Origin: Bacillota bacterium
GTDB taxonomy: Bacteria > Bacillota_I > Bacilli_A > RF39 > UBA660
Direction of reading: 5' to 3'
NCBI GenBank assembly: GCA_003524085.1
Contig: DOEC01000006.1
Location: forward strand, 1,146 to 65,145
DNA length: 64,000 nt
The notes under the pieces are model-generated. The model ran no database searches. It saw only the letters and a program-made list of their open reading frames with translations, and had not been told where the DNA came from. Below are positions 18,909 to 29,084 of this stretch, piece by piece. The translations under genes were made by a program, and so were the position numbers. The first letter of the stretch is position 1. Each line of letters opens with the position of its first letter.

Positions 18909-19310
18909 TTATACTACTACATAACAATAATTATCTACTAGTCCAATAATTATATGCACTTGTTCATTAATATGATATTCATTAAATCCATTATTTAAAA
19001 GTATTGTACTTATTTTTTCAGTTATCAATTGTTCTCTACTTTTAAATATATCACTTATTTCTGGGTCTAAGTGACTCATTGCCATTAATTCTTCGTGAGC
19101 TTCTTTTTTTATATTGTGTACACTAATAAACTTTTCTATTATTTTACTTAGTAGTAAATTAATACTAGTTTTATCAATTATTACATTGTCTATTATATCT
19201 ATCATTGGAAACATTATTTTATCAGTATAATCTTTTACTCCATGAATAAATATTTCTCTTTTATCTTTAAAATACTGATATATTATTCCAGTAGAAAAAC
19301 GTGCATATTT
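18909..19310 (-). pseudogene. TetR/AcrR-family regulator lacking a start codon (5'-truncated remnant?)
   Basis: TetR HTH (VTCVDIAKYARFSTGIIYQYFKDKREIF) is in frame upstream of the ORF-track start at 19214, but the frame hits a stop at about 19311 with no ATG/GTG/TTG before the HTH. Confidence 0.4.
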
Positions 19311-19413
19311 CGCAATATCAACACATGTTACATTATGGTAAGCTTTTTAACACATTAATAAAAAACCTTTTTCAATAATTGTTTTTTTCTTTTTTATTTA
19401 AGTCTTTTTTATA

Positions 19414-19437
19414 GGTTCATGTACATTCATATGAACC
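19414..19437. promoter_or_regulatory. inverted repeat GGTTCAT-N10-ATGAACC (possible TetR-type operator; not a canonical terminator)
   Basis: Read directly; there is no U-run in either transcript orientation. Confidence 0.25.
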
Positions 19438-19440
19438 TCC

Positions 19441-20370
19441 TTATATTTTAGTATAGCATTTGGTTTTCAAAAAACTTTTAATTTCTTTTATATTTTTACT
19501 TTCATAATAATTAATTAAAAGAAGTTTAAATTCATCAGTTAATTCTGAAGGTATACTAATTATTCCTAAACCATTTTTAATAAGATAATGATTAGCAAAT
19601 ATAACTGCAGTTCTTTTGTTACCATCTACATATATTTGTTTTTTCATCGTATATAAAAGTAGTTCTATTGCTTTGTCAACTTTATTATTTTTTTTATTTA
19701 TAATTTTGTTAAGTTCGTCTTTAACATCACTTTCAATGGGTATACCAGGCATCCAAGAAGTTCCACCTATTTTAACTGGAACGCTTCTTATTTTGCCAGC
19801 TGTGCTATAAAATCCTTCTATACATAGTTTATTAATTTCACAAAGTAAATTATAGTCTGTTGGTGAAAGTAATACTCCTTCACTTAGAACAAATTCCCAT
19901 GCATGTTTTAAATCAAGAACTTTTAAAACGTCAGTAGAAGATATTCCACTTACTTCCCCACCTTCAATTATTGTTTCAGTAAGAGCAAAAGTTGTTGATA
20001 TTCCTTCTAAGACTGCTTGTTTGTAAATTGTATCAACTAAATTTCTTTTTGCAAAGTCAACATTTAATTTAACTTTATCGCTAAGAACAAAATTATCTAC
20101 ATTTTCTTCTTTTAAAATATTATTTAATCTTTTTATCTCTTTTTTTAATTCTTTAACTTTTATATTATTATTTAGTATTAGGTTATATAATTCATCACTA
20201 TATTCTCCTACATATCTACTTATTAGTTTTCCATTATCTCTATAGTGAACATAAATATATTTATTACATTCCTTATCTCTAACTTCAATTGAGCCATGTA
20301 TAATAGAAGAAACTTGAGTTTCTAATCTTTTTTTATCATCTAACATACCAATTAATTCAACATTTTTCAT
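19441..20370 (-). CDS. Fic/Doc-family-like protein with non-canonical motif (QIYVDGNKR instead of HxFxDGN(G/K)R)
   Basis: Has the Fic-fold pattern G.IR.VPV.IGG...P and then DGNKRTAVIFANHYL, but the catalytic His position is Gln. Confidence 0.45.
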   Translation of the reverse strand: MKNVELIGMLDDKKRLETQVSSIIHGSIEVRDKECNKYIYVHYRDNGKLISRYVGEYSDELYNLILNNNIKVKELKKEIKRLNNILKEENVDNFVLSDKVKLNVDFAKRNLVDTIYKQAVLEGISTTFALTETIIEGGEVSGISSTDVLKVLDLKHAWEFVLSEGVLLSPTDYNLLCEINKLCIEGFYSTAGKIRSVPVKIGGTSWMPGIPIESDVKDELNKIINKKNNKVDKAIELLLYTMKKQIYVDGNKRTAVIFANHYLIKNGLGIISIPSELTDEFKLLLINYYESKNIKEIKSFLKTKCYTKI

Positions 20371-20469
20371 ACTATATCTCCTTTATATACATTATAACAC
20401 ACCTTTAAAAAAATGTGAAACATTTTAAGTGTTTTTTCACTGATTTTGTTTCACATTTTGTTATACTAA

Positions 20470-21480
20470 TTATTTATTACTTTTTATTTCATTAACTAAG
20501 TCTTTAATTGTATATTTAATACTTCTTGTTTGATAATCTAAATCTTTTTTTGCTTTAGCATTTGTAAAGTTAGAATTAGCATTTAATGTATACAATGAAT
20601 ACCTAGTAAATAATGGTGTTGTTTTTCTAAGTCTATAATATAATTCAAATAAAAACGCAATATTTTTAACCATGTTTATTGAAATAACTTTTTTTATTGG
20701 TTTAGCTTTTCCATACTCACAAACCAAATCAGCTATTTTTTTAATAGTTACATATTCACCTGATAAAATATATCCTTCTCCTTTTTTACCTTTAGTACAA
20801 GCATTAATAACACCTCTAGCAACATCTCTTACATCAACAAAGTCATACCCACCCTCAGTTAATAAAGGAACTTTTTCATTTAAGATTTTTTTTATTAAAA
20901 CTGTCATATTAGTATTGGTAAAATCATTTACCCCTAATAAACCTGAGGGGAAAACAACACAAGCATTTAAATTATTGTTTTTAACTTCATTAAATACATA
21001 CCTAGTTGTTTCAGCTTTAGTCTTTGCATATAAACCAACAATTTTATTTGGATCAAAACTTGCATTTTCATCCATTACTTCATGATTTAATTTTTCTTCT
21101 ATTGCATGTACACTACTAACATAGATTAGTTTAGCATTTATTTCTTTGGCTTTTTTTATAATGTTTTTAGTACCTTCAACATTAACTTGATATACTCTTT
21201 CGTTATATTTACTATCAAGGTATACTATTGAAGCACAATGAATAACATAAATATTTGTTTTTTCTTTAACACTTTCATCAATATTAAATATATCCTTTAA
21301 TGTTTCTATCTTTGTTACATCACCAAGGAATTTTTCGCATTTAAGCCCTTTAAGAGCATCTATTTTATCGTTAGGCAAAACTAATGCTCTTATTTCATTT
21401 TCATTATTTTTTTCTAGTAACCTTACAATATTATTTCCAAGAAAGCCATTAGCGCCTGTTATTATATAAATATTTTTCAT
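20470..21480 (-). CDS. NAD-dependent epimerase/dehydratase (extended SDR) family protein
   Basis: N-terminal ITGANGFLG Rossmann motif. Confidence 0.65.
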   Translation of the reverse strand: MKNIYIITGANGFLGNNIVRLLEKNNENEIRALVLPNDKIDALKGLKCEKFLGDVTKIETLKDIFNIDESVKEKTNIYVIHCASIVYLDSKYNERVYQVNVEGTKNIIKKAKEINAKLIYVSSVHAIEEKLNHEVMDENASFDPNKIVGLYAKTKAETTRYVFNEVKNNNLNACVVFPSGLLGVNDFTNTNMTVLIKKILNEKVPLLTEGGYDFVDVRDVARGVINACTKGKKGEGYILSGEYVTIKKIADLVCEYGKAKPIKKVISINMVKNIAFLFELYYRLRKTTPLFTRYSLYTLNANSNFTNAKAKKDLDYQTRSIKYTIKDLVNEIKSNK

Positions 21481-21641
21481 ATATTACACCACCATTTCCT
21501 TATAAATTTTTCTAGAAATACCACCCCATCATAGTGTTCTTGTTCAAATATTAGTAATATATTTGAAATCTATTATTTAAATTCTTAGTAGACCTTTATA
21601 ACCAATTTAATATACAATATTTATTATTACACGTATTTTAT

Positions 21642-22364
21642 TTACCTTTTATGACTTTTCATAAAATCTTTTATTCTTTTATTTTTAGTTGTTTTTAATT
21701 CTTCACTTGTTCCATTAAATATAATATTACCATTTTCTAAAAACAATACTCTCGTTGATACTTCAGTTACAAATCTCATTTCATGACTTACTATAATAAG
21801 AGTCATTTTTTTATTTGCAAGTTCTTTTATTAAATCAAGTACCTCTTTTACCATTTCCGGATCAAGCGCACTAGTGGGTTCATCAAACAAGATTACTTCA
21901 GGTTTCATAATTAATGCTCTTACTATTGCTACTCTTTGTTTTTGACCACCTGAAAGTTCAGATGGATACGCATCTTTCTTATCAAGTAAACCAACACTTT
22001 CTAAAAGTTTTAATGCTTCACTAGTAGATTTTCCTTTACTCATAATTTTTAAATTTATAGGTGCTAAAGTAATGTTTTCTAATACTGTTAAATGTGGAAA
22101 CAAGTTAAAACTTTGAAATACCATACCCATTTTTTCTCTTACATGACTTACATTAATATTGTTTTTAGTTATATCCACTTTATGAAAAAGTATTGTTCCA
22201 TCATCAGGCTTTTCTAATAAATTTAAACATCTTAAAAGTGTTGATTTACCACATCCACTTGGACCAATTATACTTATAACATCTCCCTTTTTAACATCAA
22301 AAGAGACACCTTTTAGTACTTCTAAAGAACCAAAGCTTTTCTTCAAATTCTTAATTTTTAGCAT
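21642..22364 (-). CDS. polar amino-acid ABC transporter ATP-binding protein
   Basis: Walker A GPSGCGKST, ABC signature LSGGQKQRV, Walker B ILFDEPTSALD. Confidence 0.85.
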   Translation of the reverse strand: MLKIKNLKKSFGSLEVLKGVSFDVKKGDVISIIGPSGCGKSTLLRCLNLLEKPDDGTILFHKVDITKNNINVSHVREKMGMVFQSFNLFPHLTVLENITLAPINLKIMSKGKSTSEALKLLESVGLLDKKDAYPSELSGGQKQRVAIVRALIMKPEVILFDEPTSALDPEMVKEVLDLIKELANKKMTLIIVSHEMRFVTEVSTRVLFLENGNIIFNGTSEELKTTKNKRIKDFMKSHKR

Positions 22365-23031
22365 TGTTTAGTCTCCTTTCCATTAGGTTTACTAATTTAG
22401 AAAGACCTAAAGTCATTATTAAATATATTATTGCTACAATTATAAGTGGGAAAAAGTAGTCATATGTTCTAGAAGAAATTATGTCCGAAGCTTTTGTTAG
22501 TTCTAAAATTCCAATATATGCTCCTACTGATGTTTCTTTTAAAAGTGTTATAAACTCATTACCTAATGCTGGAAGTATATTTTTTATAGCTTGTGGCAAG
22601 ATTATTAACTTCATAGTCTTATGATAGTTTAATCCTAAACTTAAACCTGCTTCTAATTGTCCGTTGTCTATGCTATTAATTCCAGAACGGATTATTTCAC
22701 TTACATAAGCACCCGAATTTATTCCAAAAGCTATTATCCCAACTAATGTTATATTAATGTTTACACTTTTAAATATTACATAATAGATTATCATTAACTG
22801 AAGTATTACTGGAGTTCCCCTTATTACATTAACATAAATTTCACATATTTTATTTAATATTTTTCCTTTTTTATTTACTTCATAATTATTTCTTATTAAT
22901 GAGACTAACGTTCCAATTATTATACCTATTATAACAGCAAAAAAAGCAATTATAACTGTAGTTGTTAATCCACTCAAAATATATTTATATCTATCATCTA
23001 CAATTAATGTTTTATATAAACTATCTTTCAC
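22351..23031 (-). CDS. amino-acid ABC transporter permease
   Basis: HisM/GlnP-like TM protein with an EAA-like loop; overlaps the ATPase gene start. Confidence 0.75.
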   Translation of the reverse strand: MKDSLYKTLIVDDRYKYILSGLTTTVIIAFFAVIIGIIIGTLVSLIRNNYEVNKKGKILNKICEIYVNVIRGTPVILQLMIIYYVIFKSVNINITLVGIIAFGINSGAYVSEIIRSGINSIDNGQLEAGLSLGLNYHKTMKLIILPQAIKNILPALGNEFITLLKETSVGAYIGILELTKASDIISSRTYDYFFPLIIVAIIYLIMTLGLSKLVNLMERRLNNAKN

Positions 23032-23044
23032 TCTTTACTCCTTT

Positions 23045-23761
23045 TTATTTTGTATGATTAATTATATATTCTTCTATTTTCCCACTACTTTTTAACTCTT
23101 CTAAACACTCATTAATACTATTAAGTAATTCAGTATTTCCTTTTCTAACTATCATTCCATAAGAGTCAGTTACTAAGTAACCTGGTAATATTTTAAGTTC
23201 TGTATTTTCTTTTACAATTTCTTTAGCTGGTAACTCATCCATAACTAGTACAGTAACTTTTCCTCTTTTTAAGTCCTCTACTGCACTTAAATATTTCTTT
23301 TGTCTTACTATTTCAGTATCTTTAAAGTTTTTTGTTACATAAGAGTCAGCAATTGTACCTAGTTGTACTGCAATTTTTTCTTTTGAAATATTGTTTATAC
23401 TTTCTATATTGCTATCAGTTTTCACTAATACAACCTGTTTAGATGTAACATAATTTATGCTAAAGTCTACTTCTTCGTCTCTTTCAGGAGTATAACTAAT
23501 TCCTGCTGCAGCAAAGTCTGCCTTTTTAGTTTTCACTTCATTTATAAGTGAGTCAAAAGCCACATCCTTAATTACTAATTTCTTGTTTAATTTTTCAGCA
23601 ATATATTTAGCTATGTCAACATCTACTCCTACAATTTCCCCGTTTTCATAATATTCATAAGGAGCAAAACCTGCTTCTGTAACCATTACTAATTCATCAC
23701 TATTTTTAGTACATCCACATAGAATAAAAGTTATAACAATTAACACAAAAATTTTTTTCAT
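23045..23761 (-). CDS. amino-acid ABC transporter substrate-binding lipoprotein
   Basis: Lipobox LCGC and an SBP_bac_3-like sequence. Confidence 0.75.
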   Translation of the reverse strand: MKKIFVLIVITFILCGCTKNSDELVMVTEAGFAPYEYYENGEIVGVDVDIAKYIAEKLNKKLVIKDVAFDSLINEVKTKKADFAAAGISYTPERDEEVDFSINYVTSKQVVLVKTDSNIESINNISKEKIAVQLGTIADSYVTKNFKDTEIVRQKKYLSAVEDLKRGKVTVLVMDELPAKEIVKENTELKILPGYLVTDSYGMIVRKGNTELLNSINECLEELKSSGKIEEYIINHTK

Positions 23762-23835
23762 AATATACCTACTTTCTTAATAATAAATATACCACAAATT
23801 AGTTTCTTTTACAATAAAAAAAGTTAGACTTAACA

Positions 23836-25266
23836 CTAACTTTCTATATATTTTCCATTTAAGCTAAAACTATGAGCTTCAGTAATTATAACATCTACTA
23901 TTTGTCCGATTAAATCTTTATCACTTTCAATATTAACTAGCTTCATATTTTCAGTATATCCCATGTATTTTTTAGGATCTTTTTCGCTTGGAGAAACAAC
24001 TAGGCATTTAACAACTTTATCTACCATTTTTAAGTTACTCTCTAGGCTATATTTATTTACTAGTTCATTTAATTTGTATAGTCTACTTTCTTTTTCTTCT
24101 TTTGGAGTATCATCAGGTAGTTTCATAGCTGGTGTACCCACTCTTGGACTAAATATAAATGTGAAAGCTCCATCAAATTTGCAAGTGTTTACTACGTCAA
24201 GTGTCTCATTAAAATCACTTTCTGTTTCGCCTGGAAATCCAACTATTATATCAGTTGTTATACTTACACCTTTTACTTTAGTTCTTATTTTGTTATATAA
24301 AGTAAGATACTCTTCTTTTGTATACTTTCTTCCCATAAGTTTTAATATTCTATCGCTTCCACTTTGAATTGGTAAGTGCACGTATGGCATAACGTTATCA
24401 TATTTACTTATCACATCTATCATTTCATCAGTAAAGTCCCAAGGATGTGACGTAACAAACCTAATTCTCTCAATATTAGTTTTTGCTACATCTATAAGCA
24501 AGTTTGCTAAAGTATAGTCTTCATACAAGTCTTTTCCATAAGCGTTTACGTTTTGTCCAAGAAGAGTTACTTCTTTGTAGCCTTCACTTTTAAGTTTTTT
24601 TATTTCTTTAATGATGCTTTCCTTTTTTCTACTTCTTTGAGTACCTCTAGTGTAAGGGACTATACAGTATGTACAGAATTTATCACAACCTAATTGTATA
24701 TCTACCCATGCAGAATACTTGCTTTCTCTTTTTTCAGGTATTCCCTCACATATATTACCTTCTATACTATATACTTCTACGTTTTGTTTACCAGTTTTTA
24801 TAGAGTTATTTATTACATTAACCATATTATCTAAGTTGTGTGTTCCAAATACAAAGTCTACATATTTATATTTAGACATAATTTCATTTACTACACTTTC
24901 TTCTTGAGCCATACATCCACATATTCCAAGTAGTATATCATGATTTTCTTTTAATTTTTTAACTAGACCTAGAAAACCAAAGACTTTGTCATGGGCATTT
25001 TCTCTAATAGCACAGGTGTTTAAAATAACTATGCTTGCTTCTTCAATATTGTCAGTTTCAACCATTCCATTTTGTGATAATACTCCTTTTACTCTTTCTC
25101 CATCGTGGACGTTCATTTGACATCCATAAGTTCTTACATAGTATTTTTTCCCTATTAAACTTTCATCTAAACTTACATCTTTATATTCATAATTTATTGG
25201 TTTACTATTGTTTCTTTTTTTTGCTTCTAACATATTAGGTACTTGCATAAATTCACTTCCTTTCAA
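23836..25266 (-). CDS. miaB: tRNA-i6A37 methylthiotransferase MiaB (radical SAM + TRAM)
   Basis: YVRTYGCQMNVHDGE in the N-terminal MTTase domain, radical-SAM CxxxCxxC (CDKFCTYC), and a C-terminal TRAM domain. Confidence 0.8.
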   Translation of the reverse strand: MKGSEFMQVPNMLEAKKRNNSKPINYEYKDVSLDESLIGKKYYVRTYGCQMNVHDGERVKGVLSQNGMVETDNIEEASIVILNTCAIRENAHDKVFGFLGLVKKLKENHDILLGICGCMAQEESVVNEIMSKYKYVDFVFGTHNLDNMVNVINNSIKTGKQNVEVYSIEGNICEGIPEKRESKYSAWVDIQLGCDKFCTYCIVPYTRGTQRSRKKESIIKEIKKLKSEGYKEVTLLGQNVNAYGKDLYEDYTLANLLIDVAKTNIERIRFVTSHPWDFTDEMIDVISKYDNVMPYVHLPIQSGSDRILKLMGRKYTKEEYLTLYNKIRTKVKGVSITTDIIVGFPGETESDFNETLDVVNTCKFDGAFTFIFSPRVGTPAMKLPDDTPKEEKESRLYKLNELVNKYSLESNLKMVDKVVKCLVVSPSEKDPKKYMGYTENMKLVNIESDKDLIGQIVDVIITEAHSFSLNGKYIES

Positions 25267-25454
25267 GTAGTTACAAATATATCACTAAATGTGGTTATTG
25301 TCAATTATTTTAGGTGTTTTATAAGTTACAAAATTAAGTGAATTCATTGGAAAACCTTTAACAAAACTAAAGGCAGCTAAATCTTTGATTTCTGTCAAAA
25401 AGGTGTGACAGTTTCGCACTTTTTTGAAAACATCTTATATGAGCCATTTAAATT

Positions 25455-25480
25455 TCCAACCACTGGTTGGAATTTTTTTG
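25455..25480 (+). terminator. perfect 9-1-9 hairpin TTCCAACCA-C-TGGTTGGAA followed by TTTTTTTG (terminator-like; possible 3' end of a small plus-strand transcript)
   Basis: Read directly. It has the same CCA-N-TGG core architecture as the intragenic palindromes of the DUF1016 copies. A TTGTCA-17-TATAAG promoter-like site lies ~160 bp upstream. Confidence 0.4.
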
Positions 25481-25604
25481 AAATTTGTTAGATGGTATTA
25501 TTATAGTACTAGGTACCATTTCTTTTGCTTGAGTTTCTGTTTTTTTCTTTTAATTTGATTTCTTGTTTTCAAAGATAATTTATCGTATTCATTAATTTTT
25601 ATTT

Positions 25605-25997
25605 TTTTCTCTAAGTGCACGCTCACTTAAATTACCTCGTTTAAGTTATATTAATGTAATACTTGATTTCTCCTAAGTTTTTTAAAGGTAAAAGTAATTT
25701 ATAATGTGACCAAGTCAATTGGTCATCCAATGGATGACCTTTTTCAATAAAATTATGGAATAATCTCATGTATTTAAGATTTGTAATCCCGTAATTTGTA
25801 CCAAATTCTTTTGTTAATTCTTTTGCATACTTTTTAACTATACCTTCGCCGTAGTGTTTACCAGCTTCTGCTAATTCCTTTCCAATATTATAATTCATTG
25901 TTAGTTTTACATTGTTTATCTGATAATTCTTAACTATTAATTTAGCATTACCATTTATTATTTCACTCCTTATATTCTCTAAATAATTTTCTTCCAT
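25605..25997 (-). pseudogene. decayed DUF1016/YhcG paralog (copy 4), truncated at 118 codons with in-frame stops
   Basis: The N-terminal 118 aa are ~80% identical to copies 1-3. Where copy 3 has AAA, an in-frame TAA occurs (…KYYINIT*), more stops follow, and homology is lost near 25605. Confidence 0.7.
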
Positions 25998-26207
25998 GAT
26001 TACATCCTTTCACCATTACAATTGCGTCTGTTTTAAATCTAGTGACAAAAATATTTTGTTTTAATATTCACGTATGTTTTCAAAATTAGTTTTCTCATAT
26101 TTTAAATATGAAATATAAACTTAGATAAATTCTTAATAAGAAATCTACTAGTTATCTTAAAAAATAATCTCATAATTTACTCTCCTTTCTAGGAAAGGCT
26201 TTTTAAC

Positions 26208-26281
26208 CCTCCTAATATATTTATTCGACAAAAAACGTGAAAAGCCTTTTTTTATTTTAACTTTACGCGAAATTTAACGTG
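26208..26281. repeat. 75-bp leader/promoter block, copy B (direct repeat partner of 13703-13777)
   Basis: See copy A. Here it lies ~210 bp upstream of the decayed copy 4. Confidence 0.8.
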
Positions 26282-26371
26282 AAATTTTACACAAAAATGT
26301 AAAATTTACTAGTGTTTTTATCATTGTCACTTAGTTGTCACTTTATATGTGATAAAATGACATAAATTTAG

Positions 26372-26400
26372 TTGATAAGTAAATTGATTTTTGCTATAAT
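26372..26400 (+). promoter_or_regulatory. sigma-A-type promoter TTGATA-17-TATAAT for the dlt-like operon
   Basis: Read directly, 30 bp upstream of the RBS AAGGAAG. Confidence 0.55.
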
Positions 26401-26429
26401 ATTGATGTTTAAAAAAGGAAGTAAGAAGT

Positions 26430-27926
26430 ATGAAACAAGTATTAGAATATTTAGAAAAAAATGACAAAAATAAAACAGCAGTTATATGTGAAAATGAATC
26501 TATTACATATGAAGAGTTAATTAGTAAATCCAAACTAGTTGGGTCTAACCTTATAAATAAAGTTAAAATTAATGAACCAGTAATAGTTTTTATGGATAAA
26601 GGTATAACTACACTAGAAGTATTTTTTGGTATTTTATATAGTGGTGGGTGTTATAGTTTAGTAAATCCAGAGTTTCCTCAAAATAGAATTAAATCTATTT
26701 TAAATACTCTTGAAGCAAAATGCGTTATTACAAATATAGAAAACTATGAAAAAGCTAAAGAAGTTTTTAATGGAATAAATATAATTAAGTGTGAAGATTT
26801 AGTTAGTGGTAGTATTTTAGAAAGTGAATTAGAAAACATTAGAAGATCTAAACTAGACATAGACCCAGTATATATTAATTTTACAAGTGGTAGTACTGGG
26901 GTACCAAAAGGTGTTGTAGTAAGTAATAGAAGTATAATTGATTTTATTGATGTATTTACTAACCTATTTGATATTAAAGAAAGTGACATAATTGCAAACC
27001 AAGCACCATTTGATTTTGATGTTTCAGTAAAAGACATCTATAGCGCACTTTGTAAAGGTTCTACTTTGTTAATAGTACCAAAGAAATTATTTAGTAGTCC
27101 TGCTAATTTGCTTGATTACTTAGTTATAAACAACGCTACTACACTTATCTGGGCAGTCAGTGCATTATGTTTAATTACTACATTCCACGGCCTAGACTAC
27201 AAAGTTCCAACAAGTGTTAACAAAATAATCTATAGTGGTGAAGTAATGCCTCTTAAACACTTGAAAATATGGATGGATAAATTACCTAATGTAAGAGTAA
27301 TTAACGTATATGGTCCAACTGAAATAACTTGTAATTGTACATATCATGAAGTTGACAGAAGTAGAACTTATGTAGAAAATATTCCTATTGGTAAAAGTTT
27401 TCCTAATGAAAAAGTTTTCTTACTTGATGAAGAAAACAAACTAGTTAATACTCCTAATATTTCTGGAGAAATATGTGTAAGTGGAACTTGTCTTAGTTTA
27501 GGATACTATAATAATAAAGAAGTTACAGATAAAGTATTTATGCAAAACCCACTAAACAATAAATACATTGAACCTATTTATAAAACTGGAGACCTAGCAA
27601 TGTATGATGAAAATATGGACTTGTTTTTTAAAGGAAGAAAAGACTTTCAAATTAAATATATGGGCCACAGAATAGAGCTTGAAGAAATAGACACAGAAGT
27701 ACTTAAGTTAGATGGTGTTAAAAGATGTCTCACATTATTTGATGAAAAGAAAAGTAAACTTTGGTGTTTCTATGTAGGAGAAGTTACTAAAGAGGATATT
27801 ATATCTTTCTTAAAAGTAAATGTTCCAGAATACATGGTGCCTACTAAGTATGTTAAGTTAGAAGAGTTTACTCTTACTAAAAATGGTAAAATAGATAGAA
27901 ATGTATTAAAGGAGATGATTAAATGA
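26430..27926 (+). CDS. DltA-like amino acid--carrier protein ligase (adenylation enzyme)
   Basis: FTSGSTGVPKG, NQAPFDFDVSVKDIY, GRKDFQIKYMGHRIELEEID and TKNGKIDR blocks, colinear with DltA. Confidence 0.8.
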   Translation: MKQVLEYLEKNDKNKTAVICENESITYEELISKSKLVGSNLINKVKINEPVIVFMDKGITTLEVFFGILYSGGCYSLVNPEFPQNRIKSILNTLEAKCVITNIENYEKAKEVFNGINIIKCEDLVSGSILESELENIRRSKLDIDPVYINFTSGSTGVPKGVVVSNRSIIDFIDVFTNLFDIKESDIIANQAPFDFDVSVKDIYSALCKGSTLLIVPKKLFSSPANLLDYLVINNATTLIWAVSALCLITTFHGLDYKVPTSVNKIIYSGEVMPLKHLKIWMDKLPNVRVINVYGPTEITCNCTYHEVDRSRTYVENIPIGKSFPNEKVFLLDEENKLVNTPNISGEICVSGTCLSLGYYNNKEVTDKVFMQNPLNNKYIEPIYKTGDLAMYDENMDLFFKGRKDFQIKYMGHRIELEEIDTEVLKLDGVKRCLTLFDEKKSKLWCFYVGEVTKEDIISFLKVNVPEYMVPTKYVKLEEFTLTKNGKIDRNVLKEMIK

Positions 27927-29083
27927 ACTATGAAAATATTTTAAGTAAGTACTCTACTCCACTTTTTATCTATGACTGTGATAAGTTAGAACAAAGAGTT
28001 AATTACTTAAAAAATATGTTAGATACTGATTTATGTTATGCAATTAAAGCTAACTCATTTGTTATAAAAGAAATTGAACCATTAGTATCAAGAATTGAAA
28101 TATGTTCTTATGGAGAATACATGATATGTAAAGATAATGGTGTTAAAAATGATAAGATGGTATTAAGTGGGGTTAATAAAAACTATGATGAGTTTGAAAA
28201 AATTATAAAAGAAGAAAATAATATATTAAGATACACCATTGAAAGTATTACTCAGTTTAATATGTTAAAAGAGTTATCTAGTAAATATAAGAAGAATATT
28301 AATATACTACCTAGAATTACAAGTGGTAACCAGTTTGGAATTACAAAAGAAGAACTATATTATATAATAGAGAACTTAACAGAATTTATGACTTTAACAG
28401 GTATAGAATTCTTTAGTGGAACACAAAAACACAGTATTAAGAGAATTGTTAATGAGTTTACTCTAGTTAATGAGATATTTGATTATATAGAAAACACTTA
28501 TAAACTAACTGATTTAGAGTTAGAGTATGGTCCTGGGTTACCTGTTTACTATTTTGAAGAAGAGAGTTTTAATGAAGAAGAATTTTTAAATGAAGTTAAA
28601 AACAATATTCATACATTCTTTAAAGGTAGAAAAGTTATTCTTGAAATTGGAAGAAGTTTAGTAGCAAATTGTGGTGAATATATTACTAAAGTTGTTGATT
28701 TAAAAGAAAATAAGACTGGAAAATACGCTATTATTGATGGTGGAATTAATCATTTAGTATATTATGGTGGCACGATGGGAATGATGAGACCAAAGTTTGA
28801 AATACTAAACAAAAGTAATACCAAAGAAAATATATACAACATATTTGGGTCTCTTTGCACTATTAACGATATAATTGTTAAGAATGTAAGCTTGCCTGAG
28901 TTAGAAATAAATGATACATTTGTGTTTAAGAATACTGGAGCTTATTCAGTAACTGAAGGAATTAACCTATTTTTAAGTAGAGATATGCCTAAAGTGTTAC
29001 TGCTAAAAAATAAGAATGTGTTATTAGTAAGGGACAACATTAACACATATAAGCTAAATAGTCCTAATTATGGAGGTAAATAA
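27923..29083 (+). CDS. PLP-dependent fold-type III decarboxylase homolog (Orn/DAP/Arg decarboxylase family)
   Basis: STPLFIYDCDKL...CYAIKAN (PLP Lys), EIGRSL, IDGGINH and GSLCTIND blocks, colinear with LysA-type decarboxylases. Translationally coupled to the preceding gene (ATGA overlap). Confidence 0.65.
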   Translation: MNYENILSKYSTPLFIYDCDKLEQRVNYLKNMLDTDLCYAIKANSFVIKEIEPLVSRIEICSYGEYMICKDNGVKNDKMVLSGVNKNYDEFEKIIKEENNILRYTIESITQFNMLKELSSKYKKNINILPRITSGNQFGITKEELYYIIENLTEFMTLTGIEFFSGTQKHSIKRIVNEFTLVNEIFDYIENTYKLTDLELEYGPGLPVYYFEEESFNEEEFLNEVKNNIHTFFKGRKVILEIGRSLVANCGEYITKVVDLKENKTGKYAIIDGGINHLVYYGGTMGMMRPKFEILNKSNTKENIYNIFGSLCTINDIIVKNVSLPELEINDTFVFKNTGAYSVTEGINLFLSRDMPKVLLLKNKNVLLVRDNINTYKLNSPNYGGK

Positions 29084-29084
29084 A

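Noticed and set aside
19414-19437. Hairpin downstream of the Fic-like gene as a rho-independent terminator
   Set aside because: There is no U-run on the minus transcript after the stem (an A-run instead). Kept only as a possible operator dyad.
25441-25585. 47-codon ORF starting at ATG 25441 (MSHLNFQPLVGIF...)
   Set aside because: It has no RBS. The sequence is dominated by the terminator hairpin and T-runs, so it is more likely non-coding.
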